64,000 nt of DNA from Nanobdellota archaeon (GCA_018901755.1 JAHIDZ010000004.1:4265-68264); one strand, 5' to 3'. Numbered from the stretch's first letter, positions 47,375-57,429 are shown. Made by a program: numbers and translations. The notes: generated by a model not told the origin, from the letters alone.

Positions 47375-47534
47375 AATAAGTACCTCATGTTTTCACTTGT
47401 TAGATATTGTACTACGTCAATTTAAATGTTTTTGCGTCTCTTATTTTTATTAACTCCTGTAAAAGAGTGAAGAAAGATAGATTTAAATAGGTTTAAAATC
47501 TACATATGGTATTCAATTTTGAGGTGAAAATAAA

Positions 47535-47825
47535 ATGAATAATAATAATGAAGAACATGAAGACATTGGTGGCGCGCCAGACGCACCGCTTTGTACAGAG
47601 AAGCCAAAAAAGATGATATTATATGGTAGAAAAAATGTAGTTGTTTTACCATGTGGTGTAAAATGTAATGAAGATGGAGAAATTTATTGCGATGGTACTA
47701 GATGTCCCGTTAAACATCCAGAATATACTAAGATACAAATATTAAATGTAGAACCTTTGATTGCACCAGCAGCAGATATGCCAGCTAAACCATATTTGTT
47801 CAATATGGATGCATTTAAAAAATAA
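47535..47825 (+). CDS. hypothetical Cys-containing protein (96 aa)
   Basis: ORF only. Confidence 0.3.
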   Translation: MNNNNEEHEDIGGAPDAPLCTEKPKKMILYGRKNVVVLPCGVKCNEDGEIYCDGTRCPVKHPEYTKIQILNVEPLIAPAADMPAKPYLFNMDAFKK

Positions 47826-47846
47826 ATTTTTATTTCTTATTTTTTA

Positions 47847-48218
47847 TTAGCTAGCTTCAGCTTTTTCTGCAGGCTTTAGAAGTTCTTCTAATTTCTTCTG
47901 AATCTCTTCAGCTTTTTCTCTTATTGTACTTTCCTGTTTTTCTAAAGTTTTTAATCTTACTTCTATTGTTTCAAGTTTTTCAGAAAGTTCAGTTTCAATA
48001 TCATTTTTATTTGTTTTGATTAAAATAGGACCAACCGCTTTGAATATTTCTTCATTTTTTTCTAACTTCTTTAATTCGATTAAAGCTCTATCGGCTTCTA
48101 CTTTTTGAAAATTTAGATTTTCTCTTTGAAAATTTATAGTTTGCATTTGCTGTTGCATACCCTGCATCTGCATTAATGCTTGCTGTGCTTCCGGTGATAG
48201 CTTCATTACTTCATTCAT
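47847..48218 (-). CDS. pfdB: prefoldin beta subunit
   Basis: two coiled-coil arms around a beta hairpin 'AVGPILIK'; Q/M-rich N-terminus. Confidence 0.75.
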   Translation of the reverse strand: MNEVMKLSPEAQQALMQMQGMQQQMQTINFQRENLNFQKVEADRALIELKKLEKNEEIFKAVGPILIKTNKNDIETELSEKLETIEVRLKTLEKQESTIREKAEEIQKKLEELLKPAEKAEAS

Positions 48219-48436
48219 TTAATCTCCTCCAAATCTTTTAATGTTTTAATCATTTTCAAATATGAGTTTATTGCAGCCAATAGTCCACTTATTTCATTGG
48301 ACTCAACTTCAATTTTAATTCCATCTTTGTTTTTTGTGATATTAACATCAAACTTTTCAGTTTGATCCATGTCTGGTTTCAAAGACTCTATTATTTTGTC
48401 TGGTTCTTTACAAGGTATTTCTATTTCAGCTTTCAT
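48215..48436 (-). CDS. pcc1: KEOPS subunit Pcc1
   Basis: 73 aa, 'ISGLLAAINSYLKMIKT' Pcc1 C-helix pattern; classic neighbourhood with rpoP/L37ae/prefoldin. Confidence 0.6.
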   Translation of the reverse strand: MKAEIEIPCKEPDKIIESLKPDMDQTEKFDVNITKNKDGIKIEVESNEISGLLAAINSYLKMIKTLKDLEEIK

Positions 48437-48438
48437 AT

Positions 48439-48573
48439 CTATCTTGCCAAGACTCTTACTACTTTTTTCGGTCTTGTTTTCATAATTATTCTATAACCAC
48501 AAAAAGGGCATCTTATTTTTTCATTAGCTTGTTCTAAACTAACTTCTTTACCACAATTTAAACATTTATACAT
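48439..48573 (-). CDS. rpoP: RNA polymerase subunit P (Rpo12/RpoP) - not in ORF track (44 aa)
   Basis: 'MYKCLNCGKEVSLEQANEKIRCPFCGYRIIMKTRPKK' ; ATG overlaps L37ae stop (TAATG). Confidence 0.7.
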   Translation of the reverse strand: MYKCLNCGKEVSLEQANEKIRCPFCGYRIIMKTRPKKVVRVLAR

Positions 48574-48809
48574 TAATTTCCACCTTTTACAAATTTAGGA
48601 TAATATGCACCACCTGCAAATTTTACTTTACATTTTTTGCAAGTCCATATTCCTGCTGACATTCTTATCAGGGCTGGTCTTTCACAGTATGGACAAATTT
48701 GCTTTTGTTTGGTTTTCCTTTCCATTTCTGTTACTATCTTTTTTGTTCTTGTTCCATATCTTGCCCCATATCGGCCAGCTGAACCAATTTTCTTTGCCAT
48801 ATTTATCAA
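48573..48809 (-). CDS. rpl37ae: 50S ribosomal protein L37ae (eL43)
   Basis: 'KKIGSAGRYGARYG...CPYC...CKKC'. Confidence 0.85.
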   Translation of the reverse strand: MINMAKKIGSAGRYGARYGTRTKKIVTEMERKTKQKQICPYCERPALIRMSAGIWTCKKCKVKFAGGAYYPKFVKGGN

Positions 48810-48839
48810 CTCATATTATAAAACCAATGTTTATATAGC

Positions 48840-49610
48840 TTACTTTATTAGTGAACGAATTTCATTACCTTTTTTAATCGATAGATCAACTGCTTTTTCT
48901 AGTTCTTCTGTTGTCAAATGACCCACTCCTCCTTTTTGCATTGCACATATGTTTCCAGCTTTATTTGTGCAGATTGTTATTCGTGCGTCAAGTGCGTTTT
49001 CTTCTTCAACATTTGTATCAACTAATAATTTATTAGCTATTTTATAGATAGTTATTGGTACTGGTATGTCTACAACTGGAAGTTTTCCAGAATGTTGTTT
49101 ATAATCAATTTTTTCATTTTCATATTTTGGTATTTGAGTATTTAGCAAAGCAATTATTGCTGCCAAACCACCAGCATCTATTAGATTACCATCATGGTCT
49201 AAAACATGTATATCAACATTTATTATCCAGACCTTTTCTTTTTCTATAATACACAATTTATCTAAATCAATACAATGGCTTTCTCTTATACCACGATCAA
49301 TTACTCTTGCCATTTCTATTGAACTTTCACTAGGTGGTCCAGGTTCAAATGTTGGCGAAGCTATTGGTGCGAATTCTGCATTTACTATTAAAATTCCTTC
49401 TGCAGGTGTATCTGGGAATGGTGTTCCAACAGCCATTTTTATACCAGCTAAAATATGTGTATTTCCTATACGTACTCTTGCTGAACCTTCTGCAGATGTT
49501 ATTTCATTAACTTTAATATCGATTTTTCTGAATTCATCAAAAGCTCTTTTATCTATTCTGAGATCTTCTTCAATTAATTTTTTTATGTAATTTTCACTAT
49601 TCATTATCAT
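48840..49610 (-). CDS. rrp42: exosome complex component Rrp42 (RNase PH-like, inactive)
   Basis: 'RIDKRAFDEFR...EGSARVRIGNTHILAGIK'. Confidence 0.85.
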   Translation of the reverse strand: MIMNSENYIKKLIEEDLRIDKRAFDEFRKIDIKVNEITSAEGSARVRIGNTHILAGIKMAVGTPFPDTPAEGILIVNAEFAPIASPTFEPGPPSESSIEMARVIDRGIRESHCIDLDKLCIIEKEKVWIINVDIHVLDHDGNLIDAGGLAAIIALLNTQIPKYENEKIDYKQHSGKLPVVDIPVPITIYKIANKLLVDTNVEEENALDARITICTNKAGNICAMQKGGVGHLTTEELEKAVDLSIKKGNEIRSLIK

Positions 49611-50343
49611 TTAATTCACCTGTTTCATATTTTATTCTCAGTGCTTCTTTCTGTTTTTCATTAATTTCTGCACAACCTTTCTTAGCAAGTTCAAGCATAG
49701 TCATGAATTCATCTTTAGTGATGATACCATCCATTTGTAGTAGAACTATTTTATCTTGCCCACCTACAGTTGCAACAGCTAAATCTACATCACCGTAATT
49801 ATCTTCTAAACCAAAAAGATCCAGAAGTATTTGCCCATCAGCTCTTCCTACTGAACAAGAACTAACCAAATCTCTCATTGGTACACCAGCGTCGGCTAGT
49901 GCCATAGAAGCTGCATTAAGTCCAGCACATCTGGTTGATGCATCAGCTTGAAGTATTTCTATAAATACGTCAACTCCTGTTCTAGGATAGTCTTCTACAA
50001 AGACTACATTAGCTAAAGCTTCTGTAACAACTTTAGATATTTCCGTGCTTCTTCTACTATGTCCAGGTCTTATTCTTTCTGTAGTAGAGAAAGGAACCAT
50101 GGTATACTTACATCTTAATATTAATTTCTGAGGGTCTTGCATAAATTTAGGATGGAATGGTTTTGGGCCATATACACCTGCTATAGCGTATGTATTTTCA
50201 AATTTGAAAACTGCTGATCCAAGAGCTCTTTTGATTACACCGACTTCGCTTGTGGTTGGTCGCATTTCATCAAAAGCTCTTCCGTCTAATCTTTTTCCTT
50301 TAACGATTAATTTTTCTGGTTGATTTGGTTTCATTTTATTCAC
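49597..50343 (-). CDS. rrp41: exosome complex exonuclease Rrp41
   Basis: 'RLDGRAFDEMRP...GSAVFKFENTYAIAGVYGPK'. Confidence 0.85.
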   Translation of the reverse strand: MNKMKPNQPEKLIVKGKRLDGRAFDEMRPTTSEVGVIKRALGSAVFKFENTYAIAGVYGPKPFHPKFMQDPQKLILRCKYTMVPFSTTERIRPGHSRRSTEISKVVTEALANVVFVEDYPRTGVDVFIEILQADASTRCAGLNAASMALADAGVPMRDLVSSCSVGRADGQILLDLFGLEDNYGDVDLAVATVGGQDKIVLLQMDGIITKDEFMTMLELAKKGCAEINEKQKEALRIKYETGELNDNE

Positions 50344-51022
50344 CCTTACCCAATAGTTCTGTTATTTTTTCAGTTAATCCTGATATATGCGATTCTTGTT
50401 CAATCATTTTGATTGCTTTAGATGCAAGGCCTTCACGTTCACCTTTTATCCAAACAACACCATTTTGACCGACAATTATCTGACATTTTGTTTCCTTTTT
50501 TATTAATTCAATCATAGAACCTTGTTTTCCTATTAGTCTTGGAACTTTTGAAGGAGTTATTATTAACAGACGTCCATCTGAAAGTTTTTTTGCTCTATAA
50601 TCATTCATGGTTATTTGAACATGTTTCGATTTTGTAACATTCAATATCTTTGCGTAGATTATGTCACCTATGTCAAAATAAGTTGAAATATCTCTTTTAG
50701 TTATATCTACAAATTCTCCCACAGCTTCACCCAATGGCATTATTGCATCATATGGACTGTTTATGTCTACTATCCATGATGTAGATAATAAGTCTTGTAT
50801 AAAGCCAATTATTCCATCGCCTGGTCTTGGAACAAATACTCCAGACAGTGGTACTATTCCTACAAATCTATCTTTAATTTTAGCTAGACCTAAAACTTTT
50901 GCTTTTATTGTATTATTTTCCCTATAGCATCCTGAGCTTGGTAAAAAATCCAAACCTGTTGCTAATACATCTCCCGGTATTACCAGTTTTCTTTCATTAA
51001 CGATTATTTTCGATTCTTCCAT
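50336..51022 (-). CDS. rrp4: exosome RNA-binding subunit Rrp4 (S1 + KH)
   Basis: N-terminal/S1/KH arrangement 'IVPGDVLA', 'GKQGSMIELIKKET'. Confidence 0.8.
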   Translation of the reverse strand: MEESKIIVNERKLVIPGDVLATGLDFLPSSGCYRENNTIKAKVLGLAKIKDRFVGIVPLSGVFVPRPGDGIIGFIQDLLSTSWIVDINSPYDAIMPLGEAVGEFVDITKRDISTYFDIGDIIYAKILNVTKSKHVQITMNDYRAKKLSDGRLLIITPSKVPRLIGKQGSMIELIKKETKCQIIVGQNGVVWIKGEREGLASKAIKMIEQESHISGLTEKITELLGKGE

Positions 51023-51035
51023 AATTTAACCTCCT

Positions 51036-51731
51036 TTAACATTTTTTAACTTCAACTTGACCGTGTGTTAATGTATTTAATCGGTCGTAAATATCCTGCT
51101 GCATTCCTGCAGGGATTTCAATCATACAAGCGTAACTTCCATCGTTTTTCCATTCTTCTTTAATCATTTTTCCAAAGTTTCTAACTATACTAGATCCTTT
51201 GCTTGCAAACTGTGGTGGTATTCTTACCGCTAGTTTTATTTTTTCAAATTTTATAGGTATTACACTTTGTATTGCTTCTAAAACAGATTCAATTTGTTCT
51301 TCTGGTTTCTTTTCAATTGTTAGTTTAACTTTAGCCTGTTCCATCGCTCTCAGTATTCTGTCTGCTGGATGTGGTAGGCCTGTCTGTGGGTTAACACCTT
51401 GTTTTGAAATAATAGACGCAACGGCCTTCGTGGTCGTCTCGATCATTTCTCTTCGTTGGTCTGTTGTTAACTGTACTTCTCCTTGTTTTATTATTTTGTA
51501 AACAATTTCCTTTATATCATTAGTGCCGAAAGCTTTATTTACTTTATCAGTTGGAGCTCTAAGACCTTTATGAGAATCTTCATATATTTCTCTCGAAACT
51601 ATTAGTTCGTCTATGTTGACATCTTTTCCAGCTTTTACTTCCAACGCTTTGACTGGATCAACTAATATTTCGAATTTTTCTCCACCTTTTGTAATTTTAG
51701 CTATTACTGCTTTATCTGCAGAAATTCCCAT
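51036..51731 (-). CDS. sdo1: ribosome maturation protein SBDS/Sdo1
   Basis: 'IAKITKGGEKFEILVDP' FYSH domain start. Confidence 0.85.
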   Translation of the reverse strand: MGISADKAVIAKITKGGEKFEILVDPVKALEVKAGKDVNIDELIVSREIYEDSHKGLRAPTDKVNKAFGTNDIKEIVYKIIKQGEVQLTTDQRREMIETTTKAVASIISKQGVNPQTGLPHPADRILRAMEQAKVKLTIEKKPEEQIESVLEAIQSVIPIKFEKIKLAVRIPPQFASKGSSIVRNFGKMIKEEWKNDGSYACMIEIPAGMQQDIYDRLNTLTHGQVEVKKC

Positions 51732-51737
51732 AATATC

Positions 51738-52457
51738 TTACCAGTATTTTTTGATTAGTTTTATATTTTCTCCTCGGTACTCTTCGAAACCGCTTTTATC
51801 AATCACACATAATTCTACTTCGTTTATTTTAACTCCTTTTTCACCTGCTTTAAGCGCCTTTAATGCAAGTTCTATTGCAGTGTCTTTAGTCATTTTTTCT
51901 TCCCATTCTTTTCTTAAAACTTTCACTGCTTCTGGCGCGCCTCTACCGATTGACTGAGCGTTCCATGAAGAAAAAGCTGAAGAAGGATCTATTTCAAATA
52001 ATTGTGGGCCTTTCTCATCTATTCCACCAAGTAAAAATCCAACACCATACGGACGTACACCACCATATTGTGTATATAATTGCATTCTGTCTGCAATTTC
52101 TTTAACGCCACCGTATATGCTTAATGGTTCATCGTAGGTTAGTTTGTGAATCTGTGCGCGTATTCTGACGAAATCGATTAGTACTCTTCCGTCTGCTAAA
52201 AATCCAGCCATTCCCGCTGCTATATGGCTGTCAACTTCATGAACTTTATCACTTCCTGTGCTAGGAACAGCTAATTCTTCAGAAGGTCGTATTGTAGCTA
52301 CAACAACTCCATCTGTGAATAATAATCCAACTAAAGTTGTTCCTCTTTTTACAGCTTCTCTTGCATATTCAACCTGATACAATCTACCGTCAGGAGAAAA
52401 CGTTACTATTGCTCTATCATAACCCATTTCTGGAATTCCGCCTTGTATAATAACCAC
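51738..52457 (-). CDS. psmA: proteasome subunit alpha
   Basis: 'GYDRAIVTFSPDGRLYQVEYAREAVKRG'. Confidence 0.85.
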   Translation of the reverse strand: MVIIQGGIPEMGYDRAIVTFSPDGRLYQVEYAREAVKRGTTLVGLLFTDGVVVATIRPSEELAVPSTGSDKVHEVDSHIAAGMAGFLADGRVLIDFVRIRAQIHKLTYDEPLSIYGGVKEIADRMQLYTQYGGVRPYGVGFLLGGIDEKGPQLFEIDPSSAFSSWNAQSIGRGAPEAVKVLRKEWEEKMTKDTAIELALKALKAGEKGVKINEVELCVIDKSGFEEYRGENIKLIKKYW

Positions 52458-52544
52458 CTCAATTAATTACGTATAATTTTAACTAAATCTTATTCAGTTT
52501 CTAACTTTATAAAGTTTATTTATCTAGGATTCAATATAATTACT

Positions 52545-53648
52545 ATGAAATTCAAACAGATTAAAGAAGGGAAAGTGAAATTTTTTGTTCCAGTTGGACG
52601 CAAGTATGATTTGCCAGTTTTCTTTAATGATGAAGCGGAATTGACTAGAGATATTTCTATTTCAGCTTTGCAAGTTTTCATAGACAATTCTGATAAAAAA
52701 ATTAATGTTTGTGATGCTCTCTCAGCGAGTGGAGCACGAGGGCTACGTTACGCTGCTGAGGTTAAAGGAGTCGGTAAAGTTTTCTTAAATGATAGTTCTC
52801 CTTCAGCTGTTAAATTAATAAAGAAAAATATATTTTTGAATAAATTGCAAAAAAAATGTACAGCTATTAAGTCGGATGCATCTCTTTTACTGAGTGGAAA
52901 TATTTATGGTATGATTGATTTAGATCCTTTCGGTCCTCCTGTTAAATTTTTAGATTCAACTGCGAAAGCAGCTTTTCATAAAGGATTTATAGGAATAACA
53001 GCAACAGATACGGCTGCATTATGTGGTTCGTCACCTATGGCTGGTTTAAGAAAGTATGGAATAAAATCAATTAGAACAGAATTTTACAACGAACTTGGTT
53101 TAAGGATTCTTATAACTTCTATAATGCTTGCATTTGCTAGACATGAGAAAGCGTTTATTCCTGTTTTAGCTTTTCCGTATAAACATTATTATAGAATTTT
53201 TGGAAAAGTGGAGCATGAAGGTTCTGTTGCTAATCTTTTAGATCAATTTGGATTTGTTAACTACTGTGAAAAATGTAGTGAACGTTCTTTTGGTCAACCA
53301 GAAATAATTCATGATGGTCACCAAATGAAAACATGCGGGCCAATTTATCTTGGTAAAATAAACGATTCTACTTTTGTTGAGGCGACGTTGAAAGATATGA
53401 GGAAAAGAGATTTCAGATTAAGAAAAGAAGAATTAAAATTATTAGATACGTTAAGACAGGAGTCAGATTATTTGTTTTATTACAATACTCACCGTTTGGC
53501 AAAAATATACAAGTTTACTGTTCCTAAATTTGAAGATTTGATTGAACGACTTAACAAGAATGGTTTCAAAGCTTCACGAACTGTATTCTGTGATACTGGT
53601 CTTAGAACAAATGCAACTTTGAAAGAATTATTAAAAATATTAATTTAA
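52545..53648 (+). CDS. trm1: tRNA (guanine26-N2)-dimethyltransferase Trm1
   Basis: 'DALSASGARGLRYAAE', 'DPFGPP', Zn 'CEKCSE' pattern. Confidence 0.8.
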   Translation: MKFKQIKEGKVKFFVPVGRKYDLPVFFNDEAELTRDISISALQVFIDNSDKKINVCDALSASGARGLRYAAEVKGVGKVFLNDSSPSAVKLIKKNIFLNKLQKKCTAIKSDASLLLSGNIYGMIDLDPFGPPVKFLDSTAKAAFHKGFIGITATDTAALCGSSPMAGLRKYGIKSIRTEFYNELGLRILITSIMLAFARHEKAFIPVLAFPYKHYYRIFGKVEHEGSVANLLDQFGFVNYCEKCSERSFGQPEIIHDGHQMKTCGPIYLGKINDSTFVEATLKDMRKRDFRLRKEELKLLDTLRQESDYLFYYNTHRLAKIYKFTVPKFEDLIERLNKNGFKASRTVFCDTGLRTNATLKELLKILI

Positions 53649-53932
53649 TCTAGTTTAAATTCATTGCTCATTTTAAATTTTTCAATCATTTTTTCTTTTA
53701 CACTTTTCATTTTATTTTTTTTAGATGCAGAACGTGATTTTTCCAATAATTCGTTTCCAATACAAAGACCTGTTCCTACTAAAACAGCTTTTGTATAAGC
53801 ACTATACATGTCTCCGTTTATAACATCATTAATTGCAGAAATTCCAAATACTGTGCTAAAAATGGTAGAAGCATAACCAAGCGTTTTAAATCCATATATT
53901 TTTACATTTTCGCTGATTTCATATTTTTTCAT
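53645..53932 (-). CDS. small membrane protein, hypothetical
   Basis: last gene of operon 55318->53645. Confidence 0.3.
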   Translation of the reverse strand: MKKYEISENVKIYGFKTLGYASTIFSTVFGISAINDVINGDMYSAYTKAVLVGTGLCIGNELLEKSRSASKKNKMKSVKEKMIEKFKMSNEFKLD

Positions 53933-53941
53933 TTTGTCATC

Positions 53942-54190
53942 CTATTTTCCTTGATAATATTTTTTTACTGAATCTAGAACATTATCAGCTATTTTTTCAG
54001 CTTCGTCTAATTCTGATTGTTTTGCATAGCGAATTGTTTGCACAAAATTAACTATTTCACTAGTATCATTACTACTGTCAACTTCTTCACGAAGTGTTTT
54101 GTATATTTCAACTTTTTGACTAGTATCACTATTACTAGTTTCTTCACGAATTGTTTTTATTAATCCAATTTTATCTACCATATATTTCAC
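53942..54190 (-). CDS. hypothetical protein with internal ~60-bp tandem duplication
   Basis: 54061-54100 vs 54121-54157 ~85% identical repeat; 'REETSNSDTSQKVEIYKTL'/'REEVDSSNDTSEIVNFVQTI'. Confidence 0.3.
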   Translation of the reverse strand: MKYMVDKIGLIKTIREETSNSDTSQKVEIYKTLREEVDSSNDTSEIVNFVQTIRYAKQSELDEAEKIADNVLDSVKKYYQGK

Positions 54191-54371
54191 CCTAAAAATT
54201 TACCTTTGCGATTATTAAATTTTCTTGCTGTAATGAACTATGATCTAAAATTGATAAATTTTTTTTGTTTGTTTTTCTATATCTGTTCTGCTTCCAAATG
54301 CTATTTGTTTTCCAGTTTTTCCGTCAATAAGCACAAATGGTTTTTGTTTCTTTATCATTTTTCATTTCACC

Positions 54372-54554
54372 TCATTGAGCTGTAAAGTTACTCTTTGCTT
54401 TAGCTTTAGTATGGAATCTGCATGTGCCGACTTGTATCCATAAACATCTAGGTCCTAAACATTGTTTAGTTCCATTGTAATAATGACACAAATGAACAAC
54501 ATTGCCTTTTCTAACAACAGTTGGTCTTTGTGGTTTTAAAGTTCTAAATATCAT
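54372..54554 (-). CDS. hypothetical Cys-containing 60-aa protein
   Basis: N-terminus 'RTLKPQRPT' resembles 38680-38955 'RLLPPTELPQP'. Confidence 0.3.
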   Translation of the reverse strand: MIFRTLKPQRPTVVRKGNVVHLCHYYNGTKQCLGPRCLWIQVGTCRFHTKAKAKSNFTAQ

Positions 54555-54556
54555 TT

Positions 54557-55060
54557 TTATTCACTCTCCATACCAGCTTTACTTGGTCCAGGTAGCTGTT
54601 TACCATTTTCTATAATCATATATATTTTATTATCAGCTTCAGAATAATTCCAATGAAAACCAGATATTGGTCTTGGCTGAATTTTCTTAAGATAGCTAAG
54701 AAGTTCAAGTTTGTTTTCAAGTTCTCGGATATTTAATAGGCGTAGTCTACTAGAACGCAATCTTTCTAAGTTATTTATTATGTTAGAAAAATCTTTTAGT
54801 ACGAATTCATTAACTGCTGAATCATATTGATCCATTACTGTAGTAGCAACTTCAATATAATTACGATTTTTGTCCAAATAATTTTGTTCAGCATTAAATC
54901 CTTTCAGTTCTGTTTCGTGTTCTATACAATCATAAATATCTTCAATTACCGACTTAGGTTCGTTCGCTAATGCGGATACTTGGGCATTATATGTTTTTAT
55001 ATCTTCTTTTTTACGCATATCGTTTAGTATAAATGATTCAGGAACATTTGATTTTATCAT
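54557..55060 (-). CDS. hypothetical protein (167 aa)
   Basis: ORF; N-terminal part resembles C-terminal part of 38952-39332. Confidence 0.3.
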   Translation of the reverse strand: MIKSNVPESFILNDMRKKEDIKTYNAQVSALANEPKSVIEDIYDCIEHETELKGFNAEQNYLDKNRNYIEVATTVMDQYDSAVNEFVLKDFSNIINNLERLRSSRLRLLNIRELENKLELLSYLKKIQPRPISGFHWNYSEADNKIYMIIENGKQLPGPSKAGMESE

Positions 55061-55318
55061 CTATTTCGCCTCCATTTGTTTACATAAATAATCTATTTCA
55101 TTTGTTAATTTTTTTGACGCATTTCTAGAATCAATATAGGTAACATCAGATACACCACGATTAAGTGTTATATCCAATTTAAAATTATTTAAAAATAACA
55201 TTGCTTCAGTTTCTTTTTCAGCTTCTGTATATAGATTTTCATTTAAAGATTGTGAATTCTGCATGTGTGGACCATTTCCTATTCCAATTATAATTTCACT
55301 TTCAACATAGTTTGTCAT
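55061..55318 (-). CDS. hypothetical protein (85 aa), paralog of N-terminal part of 38952-39332
   Basis: preceded by promoter-like element copy C. Confidence 0.3.
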   Translation of the reverse strand: MTNYVESEIIIGIGNGPHMQNSQSLNENLYTEAEKETEAMLFLNNFKLDITLNRGVSDVTYIDSRNASKKLTNEIDYLCKQMEAK

Positions 55319-55330
55319 AGTTATTAACCT

Positions 55331-55400
55331 CTTTATAGTAATAACTATATGGTTAAACCAGTATATAAAGCTATCGCTAATTAACTACTATATAGTTAAG
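55331..55400. promoter_or_regulatory. conserved promoter-like element copy C
   Basis: ...TAACTATATGGTTAAACCAGTATATAAAGCTATCGCTAATTAACTACTATATAGTTAAG; same TATA core AGTATATAAAG and ACTACTATATAGT arm as copies A/B. Confidence 0.55.
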
Positions 55401-55407
55401 AAATCAG

Positions 55408-55965
55408 CTAGTATTCTCTAGGCTTACCAGCAACAAATAGTCTGTATCTTTCATCTTCGTTTTCAATTTCTTGAATAATTCTTTTCACAATAGATCCTTT
55501 TGGGTCTGGTATTAGATTTATTCTTGTCTTAATATCTTCAAAATTTTTGAATTTACCTTTCTTCCTCTCTTCAATTATAGACCACATATGTTTTTTACCT
55601 ATTCCTGGAAGCAATTCTAATTGATGCATTCTTGTAGATACAGGATGTGCTGTATTGAAAATTTCTACAAATTTAGCTTCATTTTCATTTACTATGCGTT
55701 CAACTAGGAAAGGTACTTCTGATTTAGCAAATGAGGTTAGTTCGTTAGAATTAATTCTTCTTTTAATATGATCTACTATTTCACGCTTACCTTCACCAAT
55801 ATATAATTTATCTCCATTCTTTACACTGACTCCAGGCTTTATTACAATTTCTAATAAAGAGAAATATTTCTCACCGATAACCTGTGCAATAGCTTCTTTT
55901 CTTCCAGCAGCATGGCCGGTAGATAGAAAATCTAACACTATGACGTTTTCATCTTTTAGAAACAT
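55408..55965 (-). CDS. DUF655/COG1491 OB-fold + HhH nucleic-acid-binding protein
   Basis: 'LELLPGIGKKHMWSII' HhH; conserved archaeal neighbour of rpoF. Confidence 0.6.
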   Translation of the reverse strand: MFLKDENVIVLDFLSTGHAAGRKEAIAQVIGEKYFSLLEIVIKPGVSVKNGDKLYIGEGKREIVDHIKRRINSNELTSFAKSEVPFLVERIVNENEAKFVEIFNTAHPVSTRMHQLELLPGIGKKHMWSIIEERKKGKFKNFEDIKTRINLIPDPKGSIVKRIIQEIENEDERYRLFVAGKPREY

Positions 55966-55973
55966 AATCTCAC

Positions 55974-56309
55974 CTAGATGTATTTTCCAATCATTTCCAA
56001 TATTTTAGTTATTTCTTCTTCCTTTAAACTGAATTTTTCTCTAGCAAATATCATTCTCAATTCGTCTGGATTCTTAGGCATTATGTTCAATATTTGAACT
56101 AGAGTTTCAGGAGACATCTTTAGTATACTATCTATCTCTGATGTAAGTTTTTCAGCATCTTTATAGCTTATTTTTGTAAAGTTTTTCAAATGTTCGAAAG
56201 CTAATTTTTGCTCATAATTTAGCTCGCCGGCTTTCTCTTTCTTTATCATCAATTCTTTAGCTTCTGACATTGAAACTGGTTTTGTATTTATTATTTTCAT
56301 TATAGACAC
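55974..56309 (-). CDS. rpoF: RNA polymerase subunit F (Rpo4/RpoF)
   Basis: size, helical HRDC-like pattern, synteny with DUF655. Confidence 0.6.
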   Translation of the reverse strand: MSIMKIINTKPVSMSEAKELMIKKEKAGELNYEQKLAFEHLKNFTKISYKDAEKLTSEIDSILKMSPETLVQILNIMPKNPDELRMIFAREKFSLKEEEITKILEMIGKYI

Positions 56310-56342
56310 CTTAAAAATAGTTGTTCTTTAAAGTTTTTAAAT

Positions 56343-56630
56343 CTACCTTCTTGCTTGATGTTTTTTCTGAACAGTTTTTCCACGTTGTACAATCTTATGG
56401 AAACGTGCGCAGGAAGGACACACGTACATTTTCTGTCTACCCATATGTATATCATTTCTATCAACTTGTTGAAGAATTGTAGGATCAGTAATTCTAAATC
56501 CTCTGAATTTTATGAAGGTTTTGTATCTCGGGACTTGACGTCCACAGTAACCGCATGTTACTAAGCTTTCATGTCCTCTAGACGCTGTGTGTGCATATTT
56601 TCTTGTATAAGGAGCTTGTGATATTGGCAT
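56343..56630 (-). CDS. rps26e: 30S ribosomal protein S26e
   Basis: 'CGYCGRQVPRYK...YVCPSCARFHK' matches S26e 'RCTNCARCVPKDK...YCVSCAIH'. Confidence 0.55.
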   Translation of the reverse strand: MPISQAPYTRKYAHTASRGHESLVTCGYCGRQVPRYKTFIKFRGFRITDPTILQQVDRNDIHMGRQKMYVCPSCARFHKIVQRGKTVQKKHQARR

Positions 56631-56754
56631 ATTATTACCTCTCTATTTGATAGGTATTCAATGTTTATATAGTTTTTCGACTAATGTCACAGTTATAATA
56701 AATATGATGTATTTATATACTACTTTATAGTAAATATATATTAGGTGATTAATA

Positions 56755-57129
56755 ATGACAAAACTAACAGAAGATATATGTGCACAGTGTCCAAAAATGC
56801 GTGCTACTTATTTAGATTTTGCAAGATCATATGGTTGTGGGACTACAGAAGCTAACATTAATCTAGCATTTAGAGATTATCTTCTAAATAAAAATTCTCC
56901 TGATAAAAAATTACAACCATGCGACAGTTTAATTAGAACATTTGAGAAAGCTATTGGTAAAAAAATAGGTGCACAAACTTTCAAAGATAGTATTTCGATT
57001 GAAAAATTATCATATTGTGAAGATGGAGCATGTAAAATTCTTGAAGATAATAGGAAATATCTAGAACATTTAGAATCAAGGAAAGAAGATTTGCATGATG
57101 TGGGTCATAGTAGATTAGGTGATTTATGA
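56755..57129 (+). CDS. hypothetical Cys-rich protein P1 (CxxC...PCDSL...YCxxGxC), tandem paralog of P2
   Basis: 'ICAQCPK...QPCDSLIRTFE...YCEDGACKIL'. Confidence 0.4.
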   Translation: MTKLTEDICAQCPKMRATYLDFARSYGCGTTEANINLAFRDYLLNKNSPDKKLQPCDSLIRTFEKAIGKKIGAQTFKDSISIEKLSYCEDGACKILEDNRKYLEHLESRKEDLHDVGHSRLGDL

Positions 57130-57419
57130 TGACAGTAGAAAAAATAAACATATTATGTGAAAAATGTCAGAGATTTAGATATGCGCACAGTTGGGTGGTT
57201 GGTCGACTATATGATTCTAATGCTCCGGATAGAATAGATATGCTGATTAATGCAACATTCAGTCTTTATCGACCAGGTGAACAAACAAACGAATTGCCAT
57301 GTGATGCGTTAGAACCTATTGTTAAAGAAAATTCATTTGAAAAACCAGATTATTGTTTACTTGGCAGATGTTTAGTTCTTGATACTATGATTCTAGAAAA
57401 AAAAGAACTGATCAAATAA
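57126..57419 (+). CDS. hypothetical Cys-rich protein P2, paralog of P1
   Basis: 'LCEKCQR...LPCDALEPIV...YCLLGRCLVL'; start ATG overlaps P1 stop (ATGATGA). Confidence 0.4.
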   Translation: MMTVEKINILCEKCQRFRYAHSWVVGRLYDSNAPDRIDMLINATFSLYRPGEQTNELPCDALEPIVKENSFEKPDYCLLGRCLVLDTMILEKKELIK

Positions 57420-57429
57420 TAGATGATTT

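Noticed and set aside
56700-56750. Fourth copy of the 65-bp promoter element upstream of the P1 operon
   Set aside because: It shares only loose similarity (TTTATATAG ... CTACTTTATAGTA), too degenerate to call a copy with confidence. It is mentioned only as a possible relative.
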